Shown here: positions 9,331-18,253 of the stretch, in pieces | How the letters are laid out: each line of letters opens with the position of its first letter | How positions within the stretch are numbered: position 1 is the stretch's first letter | Assembly: GCA_963695915.1 (NCBI GenBank) | Contig: CAVOIO010000007.1 | Span: forward strand, 4,479-68,478 | Source: an uncultured beta proteobacterium | GTDB lineage: Bacteria; Pseudomonadota; Gammaproteobacteria; Burkholderiales; JACQAP01 | Length of the DNA: 64,000 nucleotides | Direction of reading: 5' to 3' | Notes under the pieces: generated by a model | Database searches by the model: none | The model's input: only the letters and a program-made list of their open reading frames with translations | Told to the model about the DNA's origin: nothing | Position numbers and translations under genes: made by a program

Positions 9331-10590
9331 ATGAAGCAGTCCAGGGCTAGGCTTACCTTTACCGCATTGACGCTCGCGAGCACGCTGGCGTTTTCGGCTT
9401 TTTCCCGTGCAGGCGAAGTTGAAGTCCTGCACTGGTGGACTTCCGGCGGCGAGGCCAAATCGGTCGCCGAACTGAAAAAGATTCTTGAAGCCAAGGGCCA
9501 CAAATGGAAGGACTTTGCGGTTGCCGGCGGCGGCGGGGAAAACGCCATGACGGTGCTGAAATCGCGGGTGGTTTCCGGCAAGCCGCCAACGGCCGCACAG
9601 GTGAAAGGCCCGTCGATTCAGGAATGGGGACAGGAGGGAGTACTAACTAACCTAGATGATGTCGCCAAAGGAGCAAACTGGGATGGCCTGCTTCCGGCAG
9701 TCGTTAGCAACGTCATGAAGTACCAGGGCCACTACGTGGCGGTGCCCGTCAACGTGCACCGGGTTAACTGGATGTGGGTCAATCCGGAAGTCTTCAAGAA
9801 GGCTGGCGCCAAGATACCGACTACGTGGGAGGAATTTGCGGTCGCCGCCGACAAGATCCAAAAAGCCGGATTCATCGCGGTTGCGCACGGCGGCCAGCCC
9901 TGGCAGGACGCCACCGTGTTCGAATCGGTAGCGCTCGGGGTCGGGGGTGCCGACTGGTATAACCGCGCTTTCGTGAACCTGGATGCCAGCGCGCTCAACA
10001 GCCCGACGATGGAAAAGTCGTTCGCAACACTGCGCACCGTGCAGAAGGCCATCGACAAGGATGCCGCCAACCGCGACTGGAACCTCGCCACCGCGATGAT
10101 CATTAACGGCAAGGCGGCGATGCAGTTCATGGGCGACTGGGCCAAGGGCGAGTTCACCGCCGCCGGCAAGTCGCCGGGCAAGGACTATGTCTGCATGCCG
10201 GCCCCAGGCACCAAGGGTGCATTCACCTTCAATATCGACAGCTTTATCATGTTCGAACAGAAGAGCGCCGATGCCAAGGATGCTCAGCGGGCGCTGGCCT
10301 CGTCGATCATGGAGCCGCAGTTCCAGGAGGTGTTCAACCTCAACAAGGGTTCGATCCCGGCTCGCACCGGAATGTCCATGGCAAAGTTCGACCAGTGCGC
10401 CAAGGATTCTTCCGCGGAGTTCGAGTCGAGCGCCAAGTCCAAGAAACTGGTACCGAGCTGGGCTCATGGGATGGCCATGCCGGCCGCGGCTCAGGGCGCA
10501 ATGTTCGACGTCGTGACCCAGTTCATGAATTCGAACATGACGCCCAAGGCGGCGGCCGAAAAAATGGCAGCGGCGGGAAAATCCAAGTAA
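9331..10590 (+). CDS. CUT1-family sugar ABC transporter, periplasmic binding protein (glucose/mannose GtsA-like)
   Basis: The ATG at 9331 is preceded by GGAGGA; the ORF-track TTG at 9319 is unlikely. Has a signal peptide, and VLHWWTSGGE..AVAGGGGENAMTVLKSRV.. resembles Pseudomonas-type glucose-binding proteins. Confidence 0.8.
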   Translation: MKQSRARLTFTALTLASTLAFSAFSRAGEVEVLHWWTSGGEAKSVAELKKILEAKGHKWKDFAVAGGGGENAMTVLKSRVVSGKPPTAAQVKGPSIQEWGQEGVLTNLDDVAKGANWDGLLPAVVSNVMKYQGHYVAVPVNVHRVNWMWVNPEVFKKAGAKIPTTWEEFAVAADKIQKAGFIAVAHGGQPWQDATVFESVALGVGGADWYNRAFVNLDASALNSPTMEKSFATLRTVQKAIDKDAANRDWNLATAMIINGKAAMQFMGDWAKGEFTAAGKSPGKDYVCMPAPGTKGAFTFNIDSFIMFEQKSADAKDAQRALASSIMEPQFQEVFNLNKGSIPARTGMSMAKFDQCAKDSSAEFESSAKSKKLVPSWAHGMAMPAAAQGAMFDVVTQFMNSNMTPKAAAEKMAAAGKSK

Positions 10591-10652
10591 GTCGCGGAAC
10601 CTGAGGTGCGGCGGGCGCAGGCCCGCTGTACCTGCTTGCCAGGGGAGGGCAG

Positions 10653-11591
10653 TTGCAGTCATCGGCCTCAGCACAGGCCGGCGCGTTTGCGTCGGCAGTA
10701 ACGCCGCGGCGCAGTATGCTCGACGTCATCGAACTCGCGCTCCCCAAGTTTGTGCTCGGGCCTACACTGCTCGTAAGCCTTTTCTTCGTCTACGGCTTCA
10801 TTCTCTGGACCGGCTGGCTGTCGTTCACCGAGTCGCGCATGCTTCCGCGTTACGAGTTTGCCGGCCTGGTGCAATACTTCTCGCTGTTCGGCAATGACCG
10901 CTGGTGGGTGGCGGTGCGCAACCTCGCGGTGTTCGGCTGCCTGTTCATTTTCGTTTGCCTGGCCTTCGGATTGCTGATGGCCATTCTGCTCGACCAGCGC
11001 ATCCGCGCGGAGGGTTTCCTGCGCTCGATTTATCTCTACCCTATGGCGTTGTCGTTCATCGTCACCGGCACGGCATGGAAGTGGATTCTTAATCCCGGCC
11101 TGGGATTCGAACGCGTGGTGCAGCAGTTGGGGTTCAGCAATTTCACTTTCGACTGGCTGGTGAACCCGAAGATGTCGATCTACACCGTGGTGATCGCCGG
11201 CGCCTGGCAGTCTTCGGGTTTCGTGATGGCGCTGTTCCTCGCGGGTCTGCGCGGCATCGACGAATCCATCATCAAGGCTGCACAGGTGGACGGGGCAAGC
11301 ATGCCGCGCATCTACTGGAGCATCATCATTCCAAGCTTGCGTCCGGTGTTTTTCAGCTCCTTCATCATCCTCTCCCACATCGCCATCAAGAGTTTTGACC
11401 TGGTGATGGCCCTGACCGGAGGCGGGCCCGGTTTTTCCTCGGACCTGCCGGCTACATTCATGTACGCGTTCGGCTTCACCCGCAATCAGATCGGCCTGGG
11501 CGCAGCGAGCGCGATGATGATGATGATGACCGTGGCCGCGGTGGTCGTGCCGCTGATGTACTCGGAGCTGAGGAGGCAGCGTCGTGGCTGA
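10653..11591 (+). CDS. Sugar ABC transporter permease (MalF/GtsB-like)
   Basis: Polytopic protein with the EAA-type loop AAQVDGASMPRIYWSIIIPSLRP. The start is uncertain: TTG at 10653 or ATG at 10716. Confidence 0.8.
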   Translation: MQSSASAQAGAFASAVTPRRSMLDVIELALPKFVLGPTLLVSLFFVYGFILWTGWLSFTESRMLPRYEFAGLVQYFSLFGNDRWWVAVRNLAVFGCLFIFVCLAFGLLMAILLDQRIRAEGFLRSIYLYPMALSFIVTGTAWKWILNPGLGFERVVQQLGFSNFTFDWLVNPKMSIYTVVIAGAWQSSGFVMALFLAGLRGIDESIIKAAQVDGASMPRIYWSIIIPSLRPVFFSSFIILSHIAIKSFDLVMALTGGGPGFSSDLPATFMYAFGFTRNQIGLGAASAMMMMMTVAAVVVPLMYSELRRQRRG

Positions 11592-12465
11592 GCACGTGCA
11601 GGTACAGGTCGCGGGGCCGCAGGTTCTCGGCCGAATCGCGGTCTATGCGCTGCTGGTGCTGCTGGCCCTGTACTACCTGATGCCTCTTTTCGTGATGCTC
11701 AGCACATCGGTTAAGACTCTGGACGACATCCGCGGCGGTAATCTGATCGCGCTGCCGGCGGAGATCACCTTCGAAGCGTGGTCAAAAGCATGGTCCAGCG
11801 CCTGCACCGGGGTCGATTGCAGCGGCCTCAGGGGAAATTTCTGGAATTCCGTCAGCTTCGTGGTGCCGGCTGTGCTGATCTCGACGTTGATCGGCGCATT
11901 CAACGGCTATGTGCTCACCATGTGGCGCTTTCGTGGCAGCGACGGGATCTTCACGCTGCTCATGATCGGCTGCTTCATCCCCTTCCAGGTCGTGCTGCTG
12001 CCGATGGCGCAGACGCTGGGAGTGCTCGGCATCGCCAATTCGACGCCGGGCCTGGTCTTCGTGCACGTGGTATATGGGCTGGCATTCACCACGCTGTTCT
12101 TTCGCAACTTCTACGTGTCGGTGCCCGATGAATTGGCGAAAGCCGCACGCATCGACGGCGCCGGGTTTTTCCGAATCTTCTGGCGCATTATCCTACCGCT
12201 TTCGCCGCCGATCATCGTCGTATGCGTTATCTGGCAGTTCACCCAGATCTGGAACGATTTCCTGTTCGGCGTGGTGTTCTCCTCGGGCGAACGCCAGCCG
12301 ATTACCGTCGCGCTAAACAACCTCGTGAATACCTCGACCGGCGTCAAGGAATACAACGTCGACATGGCTGCAGCGATCATCGCCGCGCTGCCCACGCTTT
12401 TCGTATACGTCGTTGCCGGCAAGTATTTCGTGCGTGGACTCACCGCCGGCTCGGTGAAGGGCTGA
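11584..12465 (+). CDS. Sugar ABC transporter permease (MalG/GtsC-like)
   Basis: GTG start overlapping the upstream stop. EAA loop is AARIDGAGFFRIFWRIILPLSPP. Confidence 0.8.
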   Translation: MAEHVQVQVAGPQVLGRIAVYALLVLLALYYLMPLFVMLSTSVKTLDDIRGGNLIALPAEITFEAWSKAWSSACTGVDCSGLRGNFWNSVSFVVPAVLISTLIGAFNGYVLTMWRFRGSDGIFTLLMIGCFIPFQVVLLPMAQTLGVLGIANSTPGLVFVHVVYGLAFTTLFFRNFYVSVPDELAKAARIDGAGFFRIFWRIILPLSPPIIVVCVIWQFTQIWNDFLFGVVFSSGERQPITVALNNLVNTSTGVKEYNVDMAAAIIAALPTLFVYVVAGKYFVRGLTAGSVKG

Positions 12466-12477
12466 GAAGGGGGGAAA

Positions 12478-13590
12478 TTGTCTTCGCTCGCCGTCAGAAA
12501 CGTGCGCAAGGTCTTCGGCATTGTCGAGGTGCTCAAGGACATCGACCTGGAGATTGAATCGGGCGAATTCCTGATCCTGGTCGGCCCTTCGGGTTGCGGC
12601 AAGTCGACATTGCTCAACATCATCGCCGGACTCGATACCGCGACCTCGGGGGATATCGTCATCGGCGATCGCATGGTCAACAACCTGAGCCCGAAGGATC
12701 GCGACATCGCCATGGTGTTCCAGTCCTACGCGCTGTACCCGAACATGACCGTGCGCCAGAACATCTCCTTCGGTCTCGAGATGCGGCACATGCCAAAGCA
12801 CCAGCAGGATGAAATAGTCGATCGCGTCGCCAAGATCCTGCAGATGGGCCAACTGCTTGACCGCAAGCCTTCACAGCTTTCCGGGGGCCAGCGTCAACGG
12901 GTAGCGATGGGTCGGGCAATCGCGCGCGACCCGCAGCTGTTCCTTTTCGACGAGCCGCTGTCGAATCTGGATGCCAAGTTGCGGGTGGAAATGCGCATGG
13001 AGATCAAACTGTTGCACGAGCGGCTCGAGGCGACCATCGTCTATGTCACGCACGATCAGATCGAAGCCATGACGCTGGGCAGCAAAATCGCGGTCATGCA
13101 GGGCGGCGAGATCCGGCAGTTCGGCTCGCCTCAGGAAATCTACGACCAGCCAGCGGACCTGTTCGTCGCGGGCTTCATCGGCTCACCGTCGATGAACTTC
13201 ATCAGAACCGAAGCGGTGGAGCACCTGGGCAGCGTCGGGGTGCGACTGCAGACAGCGGATGAGACTTTCGTGCTGCCTGTGCACGACGCAGAGAAGGCGC
13301 TGCGTCCCTGGATCGGAAGGGGACTGATCCTCGGCATCCGCCCCGAACTGATCACCGACGGCGCCAGCAGCCAGCGTTTCGGCCGCAACGTCCACACCCG
13401 CACCTGCAAGGTGGAACTGGTGGAACCCACCGGGCCGGATACGCTGGTGTTCATCCGCATCAACGAAGAAGTCGTATGCTGCCGCGTACGTCCCGAGCAG
13501 GCGTGCCCTGCCAACAATTCGATGGAACTGGCGTTCAATCTGTCGAAGGCGGTCTTCTTCGACCCCAAGACCGAGAAACGCATCGTCTAA
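12478..13590 (+). CDS. Sugar ABC transporter ATP-binding protein (MalK/UgpC type)
   Basis: TTG start. Walker A GPSGCGKST, signature LSGGQRQRVA, Walker B LFLFDEPLS, and a C-terminal MalK-like regulatory domain. Confidence 0.88.
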   Translation: MSSLAVRNVRKVFGIVEVLKDIDLEIESGEFLILVGPSGCGKSTLLNIIAGLDTATSGDIVIGDRMVNNLSPKDRDIAMVFQSYALYPNMTVRQNISFGLEMRHMPKHQQDEIVDRVAKILQMGQLLDRKPSQLSGGQRQRVAMGRAIARDPQLFLFDEPLSNLDAKLRVEMRMEIKLLHERLEATIVYVTHDQIEAMTLGSKIAVMQGGEIRQFGSPQEIYDQPADLFVAGFIGSPSMNFIRTEAVEHLGSVGVRLQTADETFVLPVHDAEKALRPWIGRGLILGIRPELITDGASSQRFGRNVHTRTCKVELVEPTGPDTLVFIRINEEVVCCRVRPEQACPANNSMELAFNLSKAVFFDPKTEKRIV

Positions 13591-13615
13591 AGCGGGGCCC
13601 AGCCCGGATACGTGA

Positions 13616-13912
13616 TCAGGGCAAGCCGGGATTCTGTGTGTCGCGTGGACTGGAGCGCCTGTAGCGGATCTTGAGCGCAATGATCGTACCCGAGAGAATC
13701 AGCGTAACGATGTTGGTAAGGATCACCGGCACTGAATCGATCATGATGCCGTAGATCAGCCACAGGATCACGCCGGCGCTGAATATCAGCAACATTCTGG
13801 CCGAAACATCCTTGCCGGACTTGGAGGAGTACATCTTCAGAGCCTGCGGAACGAAAGCGACAGTTGTCAGCGCCCCCGCCAGGAATCCGATTGCGTCGGT
13901 CATGCCAATCAT
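13616..13912 (-). CDS. SemiSWEET (PQ-loop, 3-TM) sugar transporter
   Basis: 98 aa with three hydrophobic helices and the FVPQ motif (TTVAFVPQALKMY). Its ATG overlaps the glk stop as ATGA. The longer 188-aa ORF in the track is a frame extension into glk. Confidence 0.7.
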   Translation of the reverse strand: MIGMTDAIGFLAGALTTVAFVPQALKMYSSKSGKDVSARMLLIFSAGVILWLIYGIMIDSVPVILTNIVTLILSGTIIALKIRYRRSSPRDTQNPGLP

Positions 13913-14874
13913 GGCTTCACCGTGTTCTGAAAAAGCGTAGCCAAGCCGCGCAGGGCAGGTGTTTCCGCAAGAATCACGTAAGTGGGGATCGCGGATACGT
14001 AAGGCGAGAAACGGCCTTTGCACTCGAATCGGGCGCGAAACGGCGAACGCGAAAAATATTCTCCCAGCCTGGGCACGATTCCCCCGCCGATATAGCATCC
14101 CGCTCGCGCACCCAGCGTTACTACCAGATTGGCTGCCGCCGTGCCCAGGATGGCGCAGAACATGTCGAGCGCTTCGCGGCAATGCACTTCATCGCCAGCG
14201 AGTGCCGCCTCGGTGATCTGCGCCGGGTTCAACGCCTGCGCCGCTACGCGGTCCAGCGTGCACAGGCCCTGATAGAGGTTCTCAAGTCCCATACCGCTTA
14301 CCGCGCGTTCGGTGGAAACGTGCTCGAAACGTTGCATCAGCCAGCGCAGGACTTCGATCTCGCGTTCGGACATCGGGCTGAATGCGGTGTGCCCGCCTTC
14401 TCCCTGCAACGCAATCCAACCCTCGCCCGCAGGAAGCAGTCCGGACACGCCCAGCCCGGTTCCCGGTCCGATAACCGCGATCGCGGTTCCTGCCACTGCC
14501 TTGCCGCCGCCGACCTGACTCAGCTCGTGCGGCTGCAGCGTGGGGACGGCAAGCGCAAGCGCAGTGAAATCGTTGATCACGTGCAGCCGATCGAGCGCCA
14601 GAGCCTCGCGCGTTTTCTCGATCGAGAATCCCCAGGGACCGTTGGTCAACTGCACGAAATCGCCGGTAATGCCGGTTGCGACATCGAGGGCCGCTTCGCG
14701 AATCCCGGGGTTGCCTTGATCGGCAAGGTAGTGGCGGATCGCCTGCTCGAGGCCCTCGAACTCGGCGCAACGCATCACCTGTTCCTTATGCGGCTTGCTG
14801 GAGCCATCGGCGACCAGCGCAAAACGGGCGTTGGTACCGCCGATGTCACCGACCAGCCGCAACGCTTTGCCCAT
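13909..14874 (-). CDS. glk: Glucokinase
   Basis: 321 aa. Contains LVGDIGGTNARFAL (ATP site), GPGTGLG and GGHT motifs of bacterial Glk. Confidence 0.88.
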   Translation of the reverse strand: MGKALRLVGDIGGTNARFALVADGSSKPHKEQVMRCAEFEGLEQAIRHYLADQGNPGIREAALDVATGITGDFVQLTNGPWGFSIEKTREALALDRLHVINDFTALALAVPTLQPHELSQVGGGKAVAGTAIAVIGPGTGLGVSGLLPAGEGWIALQGEGGHTAFSPMSEREIEVLRWLMQRFEHVSTERAVSGMGLENLYQGLCTLDRVAAQALNPAQITEAALAGDEVHCREALDMFCAILGTAAANLVVTLGARAGCYIGGGIVPRLGEYFSRSPFRARFECKGRFSPYVSAIPTYVILAETPALRGLATLFQNTVKP

Positions 14875-14918
14875 CGCTGCCCTTCTTTTGAATCGGCACG
14901 AGCGCCGTCCGCCTCTTG

Positions 14919-16905
14919 CTACATTACGCCTTTGACGGCGTTGACCACGCCCTCGACAGTAAGGCCGAAGAACTTGAAGAGATCACCAGCCGGCGCGGAT
15001 TCGCCAAAACGATCCAGCCCGACCACCGCGCCTTCCAGCCCGACATACTTGCGCCAGTAATCGGTGACACCCGCTTCCACCGCAACGCGCTTGACCCCCT
15101 TGGGCAGGACCGCGTTCTTGTAGGCAACGTCCTGACGATCGTAAACGCTGGTGCTCGGCATCGATACCACGCGCACCGCGATGCCTTGTCCTTCCAGTGC
15201 CTTCTTCGCCCCCATCGCCAGCGCCACTTCCGAGCCGGTGGCGATGATCACTGCGCGCGGCCTGTCGGCATCGGCAAGAACGTACGCTCCGCGTCCGATC
15301 AGCGCGATCTGGTCCGGGCTGCGCGGCTGGAAAGGCAGGTTTTGGCGCGAGAATAACAGGCTGGCTGGCCCGTCCCGTCGTTCGATCGCGGCAATCCACG
15401 CAACGGCTGACTCCACCGAGTCGCATGGGCGCCACACGTCCATGTTCGGTATAAGCCTCAAGCTCGCCGCGTGTTCAACCGACTGATGGGTGGGACCGTC
15501 CTCACCCAGGCCGATCGAGTCGTGGGTGAACACGAACAGGCTGCGGATTTTCATCAGAGCCGCCATGCGCAACGCATTCCTGGAGTAATCGGAGAACGTC
15601 AGGAAGGTGCCGCCGTAGGGGATCAGGCCGCCGTGCAGCGCCATGCCGTTCATGATCGCGGACATGCCGAACTCTCGCACGCCGTAATAGATGTAGTTGC
15701 CGCCGCGGTCCTTCGAGACGGCCTTCGATCCGGACCAGAGCGTGAGGTTCGATCCGGCAAGGTCGGCGGAACCGCCGACAATTTCCGGCAGAACCGGCGC
15801 CAGGTTCTCGATCGCGTTCTGCGAGGCCTTGCGGCTGGCGATGGATTCGGCCTTCGCGTTAACGCTGCATAGAAAGTCTTGCGTATGCTTGCGCCACTGG
15901 TCCGGTAACTCGCCGTTCATGCGGCGGGTGAACTCGCCGGCTTCCTTGGGAAAGGCTTTGGTGTAGGCAGCGAACTCCCGGTTCCAGCCCGCTTCCAGTT
16001 CGGCGCCCTTGGCCCGCGCATCCCAGCCGGCGTAGATTTCCTGCGGGATTTCGAACGGGGGGTATTTCCAGCCGATGTTCTCGCGGGTTGCCGCGACTTC
16101 CTTGTCGCCCAACGCTGCGCCGTGTGCATCGTGACTGCCGGCTTTGTTGGGCGAGCCCTTGGCAATTACCGTCTTGCAACAGATCAGGCTCGGTCTGTCC
16201 GTCCACTCGCCTGGCATGAACGATCGCGGCGTCCACCGCGGCCACATCGTGGCCGTCGACGTCGCGCAGCACCTGCCAGCCATATGCTTCGAAACGCTTC
16301 GGCGTGTCATCGCGGAACCAGCCGCTGACGTGGCCGTCGATGGAAATACCGTTGTCGTCGTAGATCGCGATCAGCTTGCCCAGGCCCAGCGTGCCGGCAA
16401 GCGAACAGGCTTCGTGCGAGATACCTTCCATCAGGCAACCGTCGCCGACGAAGACATAGGTCCGGTGATCGACGATGTCGTGGCCCGGACGGTTGAATTC
16501 GGCCGCGAGCAGCTTTTCCGCGATGGCCATGCCCACCGCATTGGCAAGCCCCTGGCCAAGAGGGCCGGTGGTGGTCTCCACTCCCGGGGCCATGCCGTAC
16601 TCGGGATGGCCGGGAGTCATCGAATGCAACTGCCGGAAACGCCGGATCTCGTCCATCGGCAACGGATAGCCGGTGAGATGCAGCAGCGCATACAACAACA
16701 TCGAGCCGTGGCCGTTGGACAGCACGAAGCGGTCGCGGTCGGCCCATTTGGGGTTGGCCGGATTGTGGCGAAGATGGTGATTCCACAGAACCTCGGCAAT
16801 GTCCGCCATGCCCATCGGCATGCCGGGGTGACCGGAATTGGCCTTCTGCACCGCATCCATCGCCAAGGCGCGGATCACATTGGCAAGATCCTTCCTGGTT
16901 GCCAT
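14919..16905 (-). pseudogene. tkt: Transketolase interrupted by one +1 frameshift (single extra base near 16203-16204); true pseudogene or sequence error
   Basis: The N-terminal part ([37 protein letters not shown]) and the C-terminal part ([28 protein letters not shown]..) are in frames offset by +1. Deleting one G from cgaGTGGacgg gives ARRVTDRPSL, which aligns with E. coli [10 protein letters not shown]. Confidence 0.85.
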
Positions 16906-16924
16906 GACTCCCCTTCGAGCACAC

Positions 16925-16949
16925 AAAAAATCCCGGCAAGCCGGGATCG
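16925..16949 (-). terminator. Rho-independent terminator downstream of ntrX
   Basis: The minus strand reads gATCCCGGCttGCCGGGATttttttgtg, a GC stem followed by a T6 run. It lies about 45 nt after the ntrX stop. Confidence 0.7.
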
Positions 16950-16993
16950 AGAATGACGGTATTTTAGCCCGGATATTCCATCGGGACGCCGGA

Positions 16994-18253
16994 CTACTCC
17001 TCGGCGCGGCGCGGCAGCTTGATGCCGAGCTGCTTGAGTTTGCGATACAGGTGGGTGCGCTCCAGGCCGACCCGGTCGGCCACGCGGCTCATATTGCCGC
17101 CCTCGCGGCTGAGGTGATACTCGAAGTAGACGCGCTCGAAGGCATCGCGCGCCTCGCGCAGTCCACGGTCCAGCGGCAACGACTGCGCCGGGCTTGGAAG
17201 CGGGGCGTCAAGTGTGGCAAACGCGTTGGTGACGTTGGCAACGCCGATCTCGGCCCCGAGCGTGAGTTGGGCAACGGTCTTTACCACGCTTTCGAGCTGA
17301 ACCAGATTGCCGGACCAAGGGTAATTGCGCAGGGCATTCAACGCCGCGGTATTGAACACCCGTGGCGATGCTTCCTTCGCCTCGATCGCCCGCGAAAGCA
17401 CCAGATTGGCAAGTTCGGGAACGTCCTCGGCGCGCTCGCGCAGCGCGGGGACGCGCACGATTACGCCGGCCAGCTGCGCATACAGCCTCGAATCGAAGGT
17501 GCCGGCCGCCACCAATTCGGCCAGCGGCGCCGAAGTCGAGGAAACGATGCGCGTGTTGTAGCGATCCAGTTTGCGGGTCTGTCCCAGCAGGCTCTTCTGC
17601 TGGCTGCGCGAAATCGCGTCGATGTCGCGCAGGTACAGGATGCCCTCGGCCGCCTGTCCGACCAGGTTGTTCTCCGCCTGGTCGAATGCCGCCAGGTCCT
17701 CCGGTGCCAACCACGCCGTGTTGGGCTGGTGCAGCAGGCGCGCGCACTGCTCCATCCCGGTTCCCGGTTCGCCGACAAAAAGCGCGGGTGTTTTTAATGC
17801 GCGCAAACGCTCGAGCTGGGCGCGCAATTGATCCACTGCTGGCGACTTGCCGACGGTGACCAGCACCGCCGGTACGCTGGGCCTGGTCTCGCCCTGCTTG
17901 AGCGCCGTACCGACAGTCGAAAGCAACTTCTGCAAGGCGATCGGTTTTTCCAGGAAGGCGTAAGCGCCGATGCGGGTCGCCTCCACAGCAGTGTCGATGG
18001 TGCCATGGCCGGACATCATCACCACCGGCATGGTGAGCTGCCCGGTGCTCGCCCATTCCTTCAGCAGCGTGATGCCATCGGTATCGGGCATCCAGATGTC
18101 GAGAAGAACCAGGTCCGGGCGCACGCGGCCGCGGATCTGGCGTGCCTCGCTGGCATTCTGCGCCAGCCGCACCTGGTGGCCCTCCTCGCCCAAAATTTCC
18201 GAAAGCAGCTCGCGGATGCCGACTTCGTCGTCTACTACCAGGATCTGGCTCAT
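16994..18253 (-). CDS. ntrX: NtrC-family response regulator with a degenerate AAA+ module (NtrX-like)
   Basis: Receiver domain ([18 protein letters not shown]) and a C-terminal Fis-type HTH ([24 protein letters not shown]). Central domain has GEPGTGME in place of GESGTGKE, and I find no GAFTGA. Sits downstream of the ntrY-like kinase. Confidence 0.65.
   Translation of the reverse strand: MSQILVVDDEVGIRELLSEILGEEGHQVRLAQNASEARQIRGRVRPDLVLLDIWMPDTDGITLLKEWASTGQLTMPVVMMSGHGTIDTAVEATRIGAYAFLEKPIALQKLLSTVGTALKQGETRPSVPAVLVTVGKSPAVDQLRAQLERLRALKTPALFVGEPGTGMEQCARLLHQPNTAWLAPEDLAAFDQAENNLVGQAAEGILYLRDIDAISRSQQKSLLGQTRKLDRYNTRIVSSTSAPLAELVAAGTFDSRLYAQLAGVIVRVPALRERAEDVPELANLVLSRAIEAKEASPRVFNTAALNALRNYPWSGNLVQLESVVKTVAQLTLGAEIGVANVTNAFATLDAPLPSPAQSLPLDRGLREARDAFERVYFEYHLSREGGNMSRVADRVGLERTHLYRKLKQLGIKLPRRAEE

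Noticed and set aside
13616-14182. 188-aa minus-strand ORF taken at face value
   Set aside because: The first 90 codons overlap glk in another frame and look non-coding. Only the C-terminal 98 aa (SemiSWEET), starting at the ATGA overlap, are credible.
16906-16926. Upstream start (MCARRGVM..) for tkt, as in the ORF track
   Set aside because: The extension would begin inside the ntrX terminator stem/T-run. The ATG at 16905 is preceded by an aagggga RBS and gives the canonical [10 protein letters not shown]-terminus.
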